This document shows positions 25,891 through 38,264 of a stretch of 64,000 bases of DNA, in pieces. Position 1 is the first letter of the stretch. Each line of letters starts with the position of its first letter. The notes beneath the pieces were generated by a model, which searched no databases, had not been told where the DNA came from, and worked only from the letters and a program-made list of their open reading frames with translations. Both the position numbers and the translations under genes were made by a program. Source of the DNA: Lama glama (taxonomy: Eukaryota); NCBI GenBank assembly GCA_028534125.1, contig CM052818.1, forward strand, positions 17,734,001 through 17,798,000, written 5' to 3'.

Positions 25891-28004
25891 AACTCTAATG
25901 CAGAGTTAAACTGGACTGAATGTGTTGGAACTGTGTCACCTGGCAAGTTGCCCATGCTCATAGCCTGCCTAGGCAGTGAGTGGTAAGGGGAGTGTTTCAT
26001 ATATTGGGGGTTCTCTCTACCTTTGAGAAGGAGTTGGAAATCAGAATTGAAATGAGGATGCTGTTGATATCATAGTGATATCTCTGTCCTTTCAGTAATC
26101 CAGCCTCCAGTGGTCAAGCATTTAGGAACCTCTTAACTGCGGTGAAACATTCTAGGACTTTGAAGCAGAGGTCTGATCCCCATAATTGAATTTGTATGCA
26201 ACAGAGAGCACAGTGGGAGAGAACTTGAATCCTTCTCTTTTGTGGTATTCACACATGTCCAAATGCAACTGGAAAACTTGGTTTCCCCTGAAGGGATTAA
26301 ACTGGAGCAAGAGAAGATGAGACCTCTTAGAAAATCACCATGAGTTAAAGAATCTGGAAAAATGGACTGGCCTTAACAAAGAGCTTAGATGTAAAAGAAA
26401 GCAATGTTTCCAAACAGAGTATGAGACACATAAGACCAGCCGCTTCCTTCCCACCTGCAATGAGCCAGTGCTTGTTGCTGAAAAGTGGGCTTTGGTCTAA
26501 GGGGAAGATCTCTGTATTAAGGGCTCACTTTTTTTTTTTTTGAGCTCTTTTGACAGAACAGGCCATATGAAGTGCAGGGTACTCTCCATAAAGGGAGAAG
26601 AGAACGGAAAATTAACAATGTGGAAAAGGCCAAAAGCTCTGTCAGTAAAATGAGCAAAAATCCACAAGAAACAAAATCTCAAATGAGAAGACCAGTGGAG
26701 ATCAGAGTGGAGGTGCCGTGGTGATGCATATAACTGGTTTGAGAATCACGGTCATTCCTGGAAACTCTAGGTTCCAAGAGAGAATTTGGGAATGAGATGC
26801 CTGAACAATTCCAGACTTCTGGATTCAAAGCCTTGGTATTTGGACAGTGTTGTAAAAGTGACAAATATATGTTCATTTGTGGGACACAACAAAAACACTA
26901 CAGATGGAAACAAGAAAGAGGGAAAAGGGTGACCTATCAGAATTTAGGTGGAAACAGTCAAGATCTGGGTGGGAGGCAAGAGCATATGAGAATTAGAGAC
27001 TAAACTATTTGGTGCCTTGGCTAGCAGTTTAAATTACACACTAGAACAGTCTTTTCTGCCAGTGACTTCCTGGTGTTCTGTTCAGTGTACTACAGTATTT
27101 ATTAAGGTGGGAAGGCTATAAAATGCTCAAAATACAGTTCAACCCTAAATTCCTATAGAACACAAACATTATGTACATGGTTTACTGTGAGCATAGAATG
27201 GAAGTTACCTTGCCAGATACACATGGGGGATTAGGCATATTTGAATATAGAGGATTAGTTGGTTGGTCAACAGAAATCTCATGATAAAGGCAAATGACTA
27301 TCAAAAAAAATGCAGTGTATCTTAGGAATAAGTTTCGTATGTGGATGAGGGAAAAGATGGATAATAAATGTTTGATAAGAAATGACCTCCCAACCCCACT
27401 ACAGAGAAATTATATTTAGCTATATAATCTTCTTTTAAGAACAAGGATCATGGTTAGAGGAGAAAGGACCTAGTGGATGTATAGGAGCATAGTGACAATT
27501 AAGATTATTTCAGTCCACTGAAAATTTTCTGAGGTTAAGTTTTTCCCGTGAGTATTTCCATTTTATACTTTTTGTGAATAGTAGTTTTGCTGCCTTCAAT
27601 GATTCTAGTTGGCTGATACTCCATTAATTTTTATGTCTTTTGAGGAATCTATCATTCTATTTTTCTTTTCTAGACAACCTTCCCTTTCTACTGGGTTCTT
27701 TTAAGATATTTGGTATTTGATGTTATGCTACTTAATTTCAATTTCTATTAAATTTCTATAGGCATTTTTTTGAAGACCTTTAAAATTATTTTTACTTGAT
27801 GCTGGGTAATTTATTCCATTATTTCTTTAAATATTGCCCCCATAATCTATAATATCTTCTTGCAAGTCTCCAAGTGTGCACATTAATAGATGCAATCTGT
27901 CCTACATATCACTTAGATTTTCTTCATATTCAGTTTTCCTTTAGTGCTACATTTTAATTTCTTTAGATACATATTCCAGCTTATTAATTTTATCCTTTTG
28001 TGTA

Positions 28005-31000
28005 TATATATGTGTTTATTTATTGAAGTATAGTCAGTTCACAGTGTGTCAATTTCTGGTGTATAGCGTAATGCTTCAGTCTTACATAAACATATAAATA
28101 TACATTTTCATATTCTTTTTCACTGTAAGTTACTGAAAGATATTGAGTATAGTTCCCTGTGCTATACAGTATGAACTTGTTGTTATCTATTTTATATATT
28201 AGGTAATACCTGAAAATCTCAAACTCCTCATTTATTCCTTCTCACTTCCTTCCTGCCCTGGTAACCATAAGTTTGTTTTCTATGTCTGTGAGTCTGTTTC
28301 TGTTTTGTAAATAACTTTGTCTTTTTTTTTTTAGGTTCCACATATAAGTGATATCATATGGTATTTTTCTTTCTCTTTCTGGCTTGCTTCACTTAGAATG
28401 ATGATCTCCAGGTCCATCCATGTTGCTGCAAATGGCATTATTTTATTCTTTTTTATGGCTGAGTAGTGTTCCATTGTATATATATATCACAACTTCTTTG
28501 TCCAGTCATCTGTCAGTAGACATTTGGGTTGTTTCCATGTCTTGGCTATTACAAATAGTGCTGCTGTGAACATTGGGGTACATGTATCTTTTTGAATTAA
28601 GGTTCCCTCTAGATATATGCCCAGGAGTGGGTTTGCTGGATCATATGGTAAATCTGTTTTTAGTCTTTTGAGGAATCTCCATACTGTTTTCCAAAATGGC
28701 TGCACCAAACTGCATTCCCACCAGCAGTGTAAGAGAATTCCCTTTTCTCCATACCCTCTCCAGCAGTTACCCTTTGTGGACTTTTGAATGATGGGCATTC
28801 TGACTAGTGTGAGATGCTACCTCATTGTGGTTTTGATTTGCATTTCTCTGATGATGCATGATATTAAGCACATTTTCATGTTCCTTGCTGGCCATCTGTA
28901 TGTCTTTGGAAAAAAATGTCTATTCAGATCTTCTGCCTGTTTTTAAATCAGATTGGTTTTTTTGCTATTGAGTTTATATAAGGAATATTAGCCCCTTATC
29001 AGATACATGATTTGAAAATATTTTCTCCCATTTAGTAGGTTACTTTTCATTTTGTTGATGGTTTCTTCTGCTGTTCAGAAGCTTTTTAATTTGATGTAGT
29101 CCCACTATATTTTTGCTTTTGTTGCCTTTGCTTTTGGTATCATATTCAAAAAATAACCAACACCTGTGCCAAGGAGCTTACCATCTATATTTCTTCTAGG
29201 AGTTCTATAGTTTCAGGTTTTATGTGTAAGTCTTTAACCCATTTTGAGTTAATTTCTGTGTATGTTATAAAATAGAGGTCCAGTTTCATTCTTTTCCATG
29301 TGTCATTAATTAATTGGCCATATATGCATGAGTTTATTTCTAGGCTCTCTATTCTTTCCTATTGATCTATGTTCCTGTTTTTATGTCAATACAGTACTGT
29401 TTAAGTTACTGCAGGTTTGTAATGTAGTTTGAAATCAGGAAATGTGATACCTCCAGCTTTGTTCTTTCTTAAAATCACTTTGGCTATTTGGGGTCTTAAA
29501 TGGTTTCATACAAATTTTAGGATTGTTTGTTCCAGCTCTGTGAAAAATGCCATTGATTTTTTTCATAGAGATTGCTTTGAATCTGTAGATTGCTTTGGGT
29601 AGTATAGATATTTTTAAAATATTCTTCTAATTTATGAGTACAGAATATCTTTCCATTTATTTAGGTCTTCAGTTCCTTTCATCAAGATCTTATAGTTTCA
29701 ATATGCAGATCTTCACCTCCTTGGTTAAATTTATTCCTAGGTGTATTATAGTTTTTGATGCAACTGTAAATTGGATTATATTCTTAAGTTCTCTTTATGA
29801 TGGTTCATTATTAGTGTATAAAAACACAGTAGAGTTTTGTATATTGAATTTTTTATCCTGCAACTTTACTGATTTCATTTATTCTAACAGTTTTTTGATG
29901 AAGTCTTTAGACTTTTCCATATATAATTATGCCATGTCATCTGCAAACAGTAGCTGTTTTACTTCTTCCCTTACAATCTGTTTTTTTTCCCCTTCCTTTT
30001 TCAGTTTTTCCCTTCCAATTTGGATGCCTTTTCTTTTTTTTTCTTGCTAAATTACTCTGTCTAGGACTTGCAGTATTATGTTAAATGTAAGTGGTGAGAA
30101 TGGGCATCCTTGTCTTTTTCTTAATCTTAGAGGAAAAGCTTTCAGCTTTTCACCATTGAGTATGATGTTAGCTTTGGGTTTGTCATACACAGCTTTTATT
30201 TTGTTGAGGTAAGTTTTCTCCATACCCGCTTTGTTAAGAGTTTTTAGCATAAATGTTGAATTTTGTCAAATGATTTTTCTGCATCTATTGAGATGATCAG
30301 ATGCTTTTTATTCTTAATTTTGATAATGTGATGTGTCACATTGACTAATCTGTGGATATTGGACTATCCTTGCATCCCTAGACTAAATCTCACTTGATAT
30401 GGTGTCTGATTATTTCAATGTATTTTTGAATTCAGTTTGCTCATATTTTCTTGAGAATTTTTACATCTATGTTAATTAGGGACATTGAACTGCAACTTTT
30501 CTGTGGCATCCTTTTCTGTTTTGGTATCAGGGTAATTCTGGCCCCATAAAATGAGTTCAGAAGAGTTCCATACCCCTGGATTTCTTGGAAGAGTTTGAAA
30601 AGAGTTCCTGTTAATTTTTTGAATGTTTCATAGAATTCACTGGTAAAGCAGTCTGGTCCCAGGAAGGTTTAGTAATCAGTCTGTTCAGATTTTTTATTTC
30701 TTTATGATTTAATCTTGGTAGATTGTATGTTTCTAGAAATTTACCCATTTCTCTTAGATTGTCCAATTAGTTGGAGTATAATTGTTCGTAGTACTTTCAT
30801 ATGATCCTTTGGTGTTTCTTTGCTATCAGTACTAATATTTCATCTTTCATTTCTTTTATTTATTCGAGTCTTTTTCTTGGTGAATCTAGTTAAGAGATTT
30901 GCCAATTTTGTCAGTCTTCAAAGAATCAGCTCTCAGTTTCATTGATGTTTTTTGCTGTCCTTTTAGTCTCTAGTTCATTTATGTATGCTCCAATCTTTGT

Positions 31001-31810
31001 TATTTTCTTTATTCTACTAAGTTTGGGCTTCATTTGTTCTTTTTCTAGTTCCCTGATGTATAAAATTTGGTTGTTTATTTGGAACTCTTGTTTCTTGGGG
31101 TAGGCATTTATTGCTATACACTTCCCTCTAAGAACTGCTTTTGTTGTATCCCATAAATTTTAGTATATTATGTCCCCATTTTTATTTTTCTCAAGGTATT
31201 TATTTCCCTTTTGATTTTTGTCTCTGACGCATTGGTTCTTCAGTAGCATGTTGTTTAATTTGCACAAATTTGTGAATTTTGTGGATTTTTTATGTGATTT
31301 CTACTTTCTTGCTATTGTGTCAGAAAAAATGCTTGATATGATTTCAATCCTATTAAAGTTAAGACATTTTTGTGCCCTACCATATGATCTATCTTGGAAA
31401 ATGTTCCATGTGCACTTGAAGAAATTCTACTGCATTTGAATGGAATGTTCTGTAAATATCTGTTGAGTTCATTGAGTCTGATGTGTTAAACCCAATGTTT
31501 TCTGATTGATTTTCTGTCTAGATGATCGGTCCATTGATGTCAGTGGGATATTAAAGTCTGCTACTACTGTTAATATTGTATTACTGTCTGTTTCTCCCTT
31601 TAGGTCTGTTAATGTTTGCTTTATATATTGAGGTTCTTCTGTGTCAGTGCATAAATATTTACAAATGTTATATCTTCTTGTTGGATTGATGCCCTTATTA
31701 TGTAATGCCTTTCTTTGTCTCTTGTTGCAATCTTTGTTTTAAAGTTTATTTTGTCTGAGATGAGTACAGCTACTCCAGCTTTCTTTTGGTTTCCATTTGT
31801 ACGGAATCCA
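28005..31810 (-). mobile_element. L1 (3'UTR + decayed ORF2 back to the endonuclease domain)
   Basis: ORF-track remnants 28487-28798 (HCWWEC...[12 protein letters not shown]...LPYDP) and 30047-30250 ([14 protein letters not shown]...RQGCP); many stops and frameshifts. Confidence 0.95.
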
Positions 31811-31816
31811 TTTTTC

Positions 31817-32192
31817 AGAAAATGAGTTAAATGGAGATAAGTAATTTACCTGATAAAGGGTTCAAAGTAATGGTCATAAAGATGCTAACTGAACTGAGAA
31901 GAGTGGATGAATACAGTGAGAACGTCAACAAAGAGATGGGAAATAAAAGAAAGTACCAAAAAAAGTCATAGAGTCAAAGAATAGAATAGCAGAATTGAAA
32001 AAATATACTAGAGGGGTTAACAATAGACTCAATAAAGGAGAAGAATTAGTCAACTCAAAGACAAGGCAGTGAAACTCAACCAGTCAGAGCAACAAGATGA
32101 AAAAGGAATTTTAAAAAGTGAAGATAACTTAAAGGAATTACAGGACAACATCAAATGGCATAACATTTGCACCATAGGGCTCCCAGGAGGAG
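31817..32192 (+). mobile_element. Inverted L1 ORF1 fragment (5' inversion of the adjacent L1)
   Basis: Reads as ORF1 coiled-coil/RRM-entry sequence (LPDKGFKVMVIKMLTEL...LKELQDNIKWHNICTIGLPGG) on the strand opposite the ORF2 part. Confidence 0.8.
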
Positions 32193-32532
32193 ATTTTTTT
32201 CTAATTTTTATCTCAGCAATTATATATTTTTATTTTTAGAAGCTTCATTTTTAAGGTTCCAGTTCATTCATTACTTGATATATTCCACTGCATGCTCACT
32301 GTTTTATTTCCGTGTTTCTTAAAGGGTTCATACATATCTAATCTGGCCTGTTTGACATTTTCAGTATTCAGTCCTTGGAAAACTAAATATACGGTTTTTC
32401 TTTCCTGCTGCTTTTTATTGACAGTGGCTTTTTCCTCATGTACTTGGTTGTTTGTTTGTAAGTATGAGCTCATTGTCTTAATTTAATTGATAGCAGTCTG
32501 ACAGGCCTGTATTAGGAAGTACTTCTGTGTAC

Positions 32533-32695
32533 AGTAATTCTTCTCAAACTGTAATGTGCATAAGAATTACCCAGGGAACTTATTAAAATACAGATTGTAC
32601 TTTATTAGATCTGGATTGGGGTCTGTGAGTCTGGGTTTCTACTCTGCTCCCAGATGATAATAATGCTGTCATTGGAACACATTTTGTATAGCATA
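32533..32695. mobile_element. MER5A-like hAT MITE
   Basis: ttctcaaactgtaatgtgcataagaattacccaggga...ttattaaaatacagatt...cccagatgat. Confidence 0.65.
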
Positions 32696-35022
32696 GGCTT
32701 GGAAGAATTGGTTCAGTTTCTGTAACTGCTTGTAATCAGAAACTTCTACTTAGAATTGGGATCACACCAACCTCCCTTTCCCTTGACTTAAGAGTGCTGG
32801 AAGTTGCCTTACCCCACAGTTAGCTCAAAGTTCAGGACAGCTTTAAGGTTATTGGTATTTGCTCTCTGGGAAGTCTCACATCTCCCACGTTCAAATCTGT
32901 CCCCAGCTCCATGCCCCTCTCACATCACTGAAGTTTTTTTTTTTTTTAAGAAGGGACATTGAGTTACTACTGTTAGACCAGTGATACCACAAAATGCCTC
33001 CTATTCAATACGTAGTGTCTGGCTGCAGGAAGGTCCCTAGAGTTCTCAGTTAGTCATAATACCAGAAACAAAGTGTTTATTTGCTTATAAAAAAACTTTT
33101 ACAAAAAATTTGTAATGGAACCGTGGCTACTTTACTTGTCATGAAAATCAGTGGAGATAATAGAGTTGAAAGAGCATTGATAAGAAAAGGTTATGGAAGT
33201 ATAAAAATATAAGTTGGTAGTTTTATGATTTAGATTATGATTCATTCTCTGAAATGAACAGAACTAAGATGGACAATGCTGTCATAGGAAAAAATGGTGT
33301 TTGATCCTTCTGTCTCATGTTATGGTCTTTGAACTGAGACATTGCCTTTGGGTCTTTGTCTCTTCTATCAACTTTGCTTATATTTAAGTTATTATTACAA
33401 TGACAGATTTATTTTAATCATAAAGTTTTTTTCCAACGGTTTTTCTCCATTTCATAAAAATGGAACTCATACTACTAGTAGGATGCAAATTACCCAGACA
33501 GTCTGAATTGTGTTTCAGCACTCAGTTGGGATAAGTTATATTTAGCAGTACCTCTAGTTCAAAAATTCCTACATGTGCCTCCTTTAAACAAATTGTTAAC
33601 TGATAATACTTCCCACTAGCTTTGGGCAAAGCAAGGTCATACTCACTTATAGAACAGAAAAGTTAACATGTTCACGGTTCAAATCGGTAGTTTCCCAAAG
33701 CTGCTAAGTAATATTCCGTATATAAGAGCTTGTTTTCAGCAGCTAACTGGCAGACCTTGTAATGCTTGCCAGGTGTTGTACCCTCTGCTCTCCAGTCCAC
33801 CCAGTCATTAAAACGTTGCTGACAGCACATTTCTCTCCACTAGAATTTTCCTAGGGGCTCTATCCAGGTGCATGAAATAGTTAGGAGGACCACACATACA
33901 CTTGCATTAAAATTAGATTCTGATTTGCATATCATTTGCATACACCTACACAGACTCTGCCATCTATTCTTAGGCAGCTTTTAGCAAAACATTATTTATT
34001 GCTACCATTAAAGTTGACATTCCTTGAATTTTCTTCTTTCATCCACATTCAATCTTTGACCCCAGATCTCGACAGCAGAGTAATACACAAAGATGGTGAG
34101 GATAAAGAGAACACAGAAGCTTTCTGCTGGCTTATGGTGTGAAGAACACAAACAAGACATGTTTCAAGGAAACTTTCATCTATAGATCCAGATTATACAT
34201 TGCTTTTTCTTTTTTTGACGGGGGGAGGTAGAGTTGAGATTTCTTTTTGATGGAGGAAAAAATGTGCAAAAATGTTGGTATTTTAAGTATATAAATTTAA
34301 AACACTTGGAGTGATTCATTTATTTAACAAGTATTTTTTGAGCAAGGGCTTTACTAGGTACTGGGCATTCAGCAGTGAATAAAACAAAGAAAAGAAACCT
34401 GTCCTCATAGGGTTTACATTCTAGTTGCTAAAACTTGCATTGAGGGAGGGCAGATAAACCAATAAATGAGTAGTAAAAATATGTTTATGATGATGATCAA
34501 TTCTAGAGATAAAAGTAAGGTAGAGAAGAGGGGGATAAGGAATGCAAGCTTTAAGAACTAGGAGTCTGCAATTTCAAATAGGCTGGTCAGAGACAATACC
34601 TTTGAGAAGTTTTTGTTTCGGTAAAGACCTAAAGGAGCTAAGGAAGAAAGCCATGCTGGCCTTCAAGGGAACATTAGTGTCCTTGGGAATTGCCCGAAAA
34701 ACTTACTAAAATGCAAAAACCTCAGAGATGTGATCCAGGAGATTTCAGGTGGATGCCAGTTATCTTAATTTTACTAAGTATCCCAAGAGATTCCAGTGCC
34801 AAAGGTTCTCATGCAGCAAGATTAGGAGGAAGTTACAGACATTTCCCGTATGCCCCCTGCACTCACAGATGTACGGCTTCCCTCATCAATATCCCACACT
34901 GAATGGTCCGTTTTGTTACAGCTGATGAACCTACACTGACACATCGTTATCATCCAAAGTCCATAGTTTACAATACGGCTCATTCTTACTCTTGTACAAC
35001 CTATGGGTTTGGACAAATTTAT

Positions 35023-35961
35023 TTTTCTAGATTTATTGACATATACCTGGCATATGACATTCTGTGAGTTTAAAGTATACAGTGTGATGATGTGATACAC
35101 CTATATATTAGCAAAATTATTATCATAAGGTTAGTTAACACATGCATCACCCCGCATAATTACATGTGTACTTTTTTTGTGGTGAAAATATTTAAGATTT
35201 ACTGTCTTCACAACTTGTAGGTGTGTAGTGCTGTATTGGTAACTATAGTCACCATGCTGAATCTTAAATCCTTAGAACTTACTTACTTTATAACTGAAAG
35301 TCTGTACCCTTTGACAGAAATTTCCCCTTTTTCCTCACTCACTGGTCACCACCTGTTGTGTTGGTCTCAGCCTGAGGCCCTGGCCCAGGCCCATACTCCT
35401 TGTGGAGAGCCCCACAGACATTTCCCCAACCGGAGTCAGCACTGTGGCCGAATCAGCTCTAGTGGTTATTATGGTTGCCGGAGTCAGCTCAGCGACAACC
35501 ATTAGGGAACTTTTAAGAACAAGATTTATTACTCACAGGTCCCGGAGAATATACAATACACCAAAGGGCCACACAGTGGGGTCACAAATAGAGGGGAAGG
35601 AAGGATGAACTGTCTTTATTAGCATCTGTAGATGGGTTGTCTAGGGTTTCATGAGTTCACTCTTAATTAAAATTAAAACATAAGAGGAGGAATTAGGGCA
35701 CAGGAAAGGACAAATGGGGTTACTCAAGCATGCTGTATTCTAGCTTATCCAGGGCTTTCTAAAAGATTCGCCTTTCAGAAGCTTGATAGAGGGCCTTCTG
35801 GAAATGGCCCTCCATGAAAACTGCATCAGGTTTTTACAGTCTCCTACCTGGCTCCCAAAGCTCCCACAAAAGCACATTTGTCCACGGATGGATGCCACAT
35901 TACTGTTGTTGAGAAAGAATATGAATGAGGGACATCTTAATCTGGCCATCTTTCTGAGCTA
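35023..35961 (-). mobile_element. Internally deleted L1MA9/L1M2-like element (3' end + 5'UTR) with an LTR-like fragment between
   Basis: L1MA-type 3' end at 35023-35353; LTR-like segment at about 35354-35770; L1M2-type 5'UTR at about 35790-35958; TSD GACAAA(T/G)TTAT at 35012-35022 and 35962-35972. Confidence 0.7.
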
Positions 35962-37330
35962 GACAAAGTTATAATGACATATATCCACCACTGTAGTATC
36001 ATAGAGAATATTTTTACTTCTCTGATAATCATCTGAGCTCTGCCTAGTCTCTATCCCTAACCACTAACCCTGGCAACTGCTCATTTTTTTTGTTGAAATC
36101 ATAGTTTAATCTTTTCTAGCATATCACATAGTTAGAATCATACAGGATGTAATCTTTTCAGATTGGCTTCTTCCACTTAGTAATGTGCATTTAATTTTCC
36201 TCCAAGTCTTTTCATGGCTTGAAAACTTTTTTTTTAGTGCTAAATAGTATTCTCTTGTTTGGATGTGTCACAGTTTATCCATTTACTTCTCCTGGGGGAC
36301 ATCTTGGTTGCTTCCAAGTTTTTGCAATTATGAATAAAGCTGCTGTAAACATCTATGTCCAAGAGTTTTGCACTGACATAAGTTTTCAACTCCTTTGGAT
36401 AAATAGAAAGGAGCATGATTGCTGGATGTAATGGTAAAAGTATGTTATGTTTATTTGTGTAAAAACAAAGCAACACAAAAAGCCCCCACCAGGCTGACTT
36501 CCAAAGTAGTTGTACGATTTTGCATTCCCATGAACGATGAATGAGAGTTCCTGTTGCTTCACATTCTCAACATTCGGTGGTGTCAGTGTTGTGGATTTTG
36601 ACCATTCTAATAGATGTATAGTGGTATTGCATTGTTTTTTAAATGTGATGTGGAGCATCTTTTTATATGTTTATTTGCCATCTCTATGTTTTCTTTGAGG
36701 TGACTGTTAACTCTTTTGATCCATTTTTTAATTGAGTTGTTTTCTTATTGTTGAAAGTGTCCTTTTAAAATTTTGCTTAACAGTCCTTTATCAGATGTTT
36801 TTGGCAAATATTTTCTTCCAGTATGTGGTTTGTCTTCTTATACTTCAAACATTTTCTCTCAAAGAGAAGAAGGTTTTAATTTTAATGAAGTTCAACTCTC
36901 CCTATTATTTCTTTCATGGATTGTGACTTTTCTGTTATATCTAAAATGGCATTGTCATACCCAAGGTCACGTAGGTTTTCTCCTATGTTATCTTCTAGTT
37001 TTATACTTTGAGGTTTTACATTTTGGTCTGTGATTCATTTTGATTTAATTTTAGTGAAGTGTGTAAGGACCACGTCTAGGTTCATTTCTAGTGTGGATGC
37101 TTAGTTATTTCAACACTGTTGAAAAGGCTATCTTTGTTCCATCATACTGCATTTGTTTCGTTGCCAAGTATTAGTTGACTGTATTTATGTGTGTCTGTTT
37201 CTGGGTCTATTTTGTTCCATTGATCTGTTAGTCTTTTATTTCAGCAATGCCACTCTTTTGGTTACTGTAACTGTAAAATAACTCTTGAAGTCAGGTAGCA
37301 TCAGTTTACCAACTTTATTCTCATGTAGTA

Positions 37331-38264
37331 TTTTTTGTATATATTTATATATTGAAGTATAGTCAGTTTACAGTGTTGTGTCAATTTCTGGTGTACAGCA
37401 TAATGCTTCAGGCATATATGAACATACATACTCATTTTCATATTCTTTTTCACAAGTTACTACAAGTATTGAATATAGTTCCCTGTGCTATACACTATGA
37501 ACTTGTTTATGTATTTTATATATATTAGTTAGTATCTGCAAATCTCAAATCCCCAGTTTATCCCTTCCCACTGTCTTCTCCCTCTGGTAACCATGAGTTT
37601 GTTTTCTGTTTGTGAGTTTGTTTCTGTTTTGTAAATAAGTTCATTTGTCTTTTTTCTTAGATTCCACATGTAAGTGGTATCATATAGTAGTATTTTTCTT
37701 TCTCTTTCTGGCTTCACTTAGAATGACAATCTCCAGGTCCATCCATATTGCTGCAAATGGCATTATTTTATTCTTTTTTAAGGCTAAGTAGTATTCCATT
37801 GTATAAATAACCACAACTTCTTTATCCAGTCATCTGACAATGGACATTTACATTATTTCCATGTCTTGGCTATTGTAAATAGTGCTGCTATGAACATTGG
37901 GGTACATGGATCTTTTTGAGTCCAACAATAGGCAGAATACCTAAATGAGCAATTCTCCAGTGGAGACATACAAATGGCCAATAGGCACATGAAAAAATGC
38001 TAATTATCAGAGAAATGCAAATCAAAACTTTAATGAGATATCACCTCACACTAGTTGGAATGGCCATCATTCAAAAGTCTACAAATGACAAATGCTGAAG
38101 AAGGTGTAGAGAAGAGGGAACCGTCCTACACTGTTGGTAGGAATGTAGTTTGGTGCAGCTGTTATGGAAAACAGTATGAAGATTCCTCAAAAGTTTAAAA
38201 ATAGACTTACCATATGTCCTACAACCCCACTCCTAGGCATATATCCAGAGGGAACCTTAATTCA
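37331..38264 (-). mobile_element. Young L1 with a twin-priming 5' inversion (- strand 37331-37920, + strand 37921-38264)
   Basis: The + segment ends at ...gggaaccttaattca, exactly where the - segment begins in L1 sense (tcaaaaagatccatgtacccc). Confidence 0.9.

Noticed and set aside
28487..30250. ORFs with reverse-transcriptase/ORF2 similarity as host genes
   Set aside because: Fragments of a decayed L1 ORF2 with many stops and frameshifts; the same applies to 39178-39408, 45861-46211 and 59284-59688.
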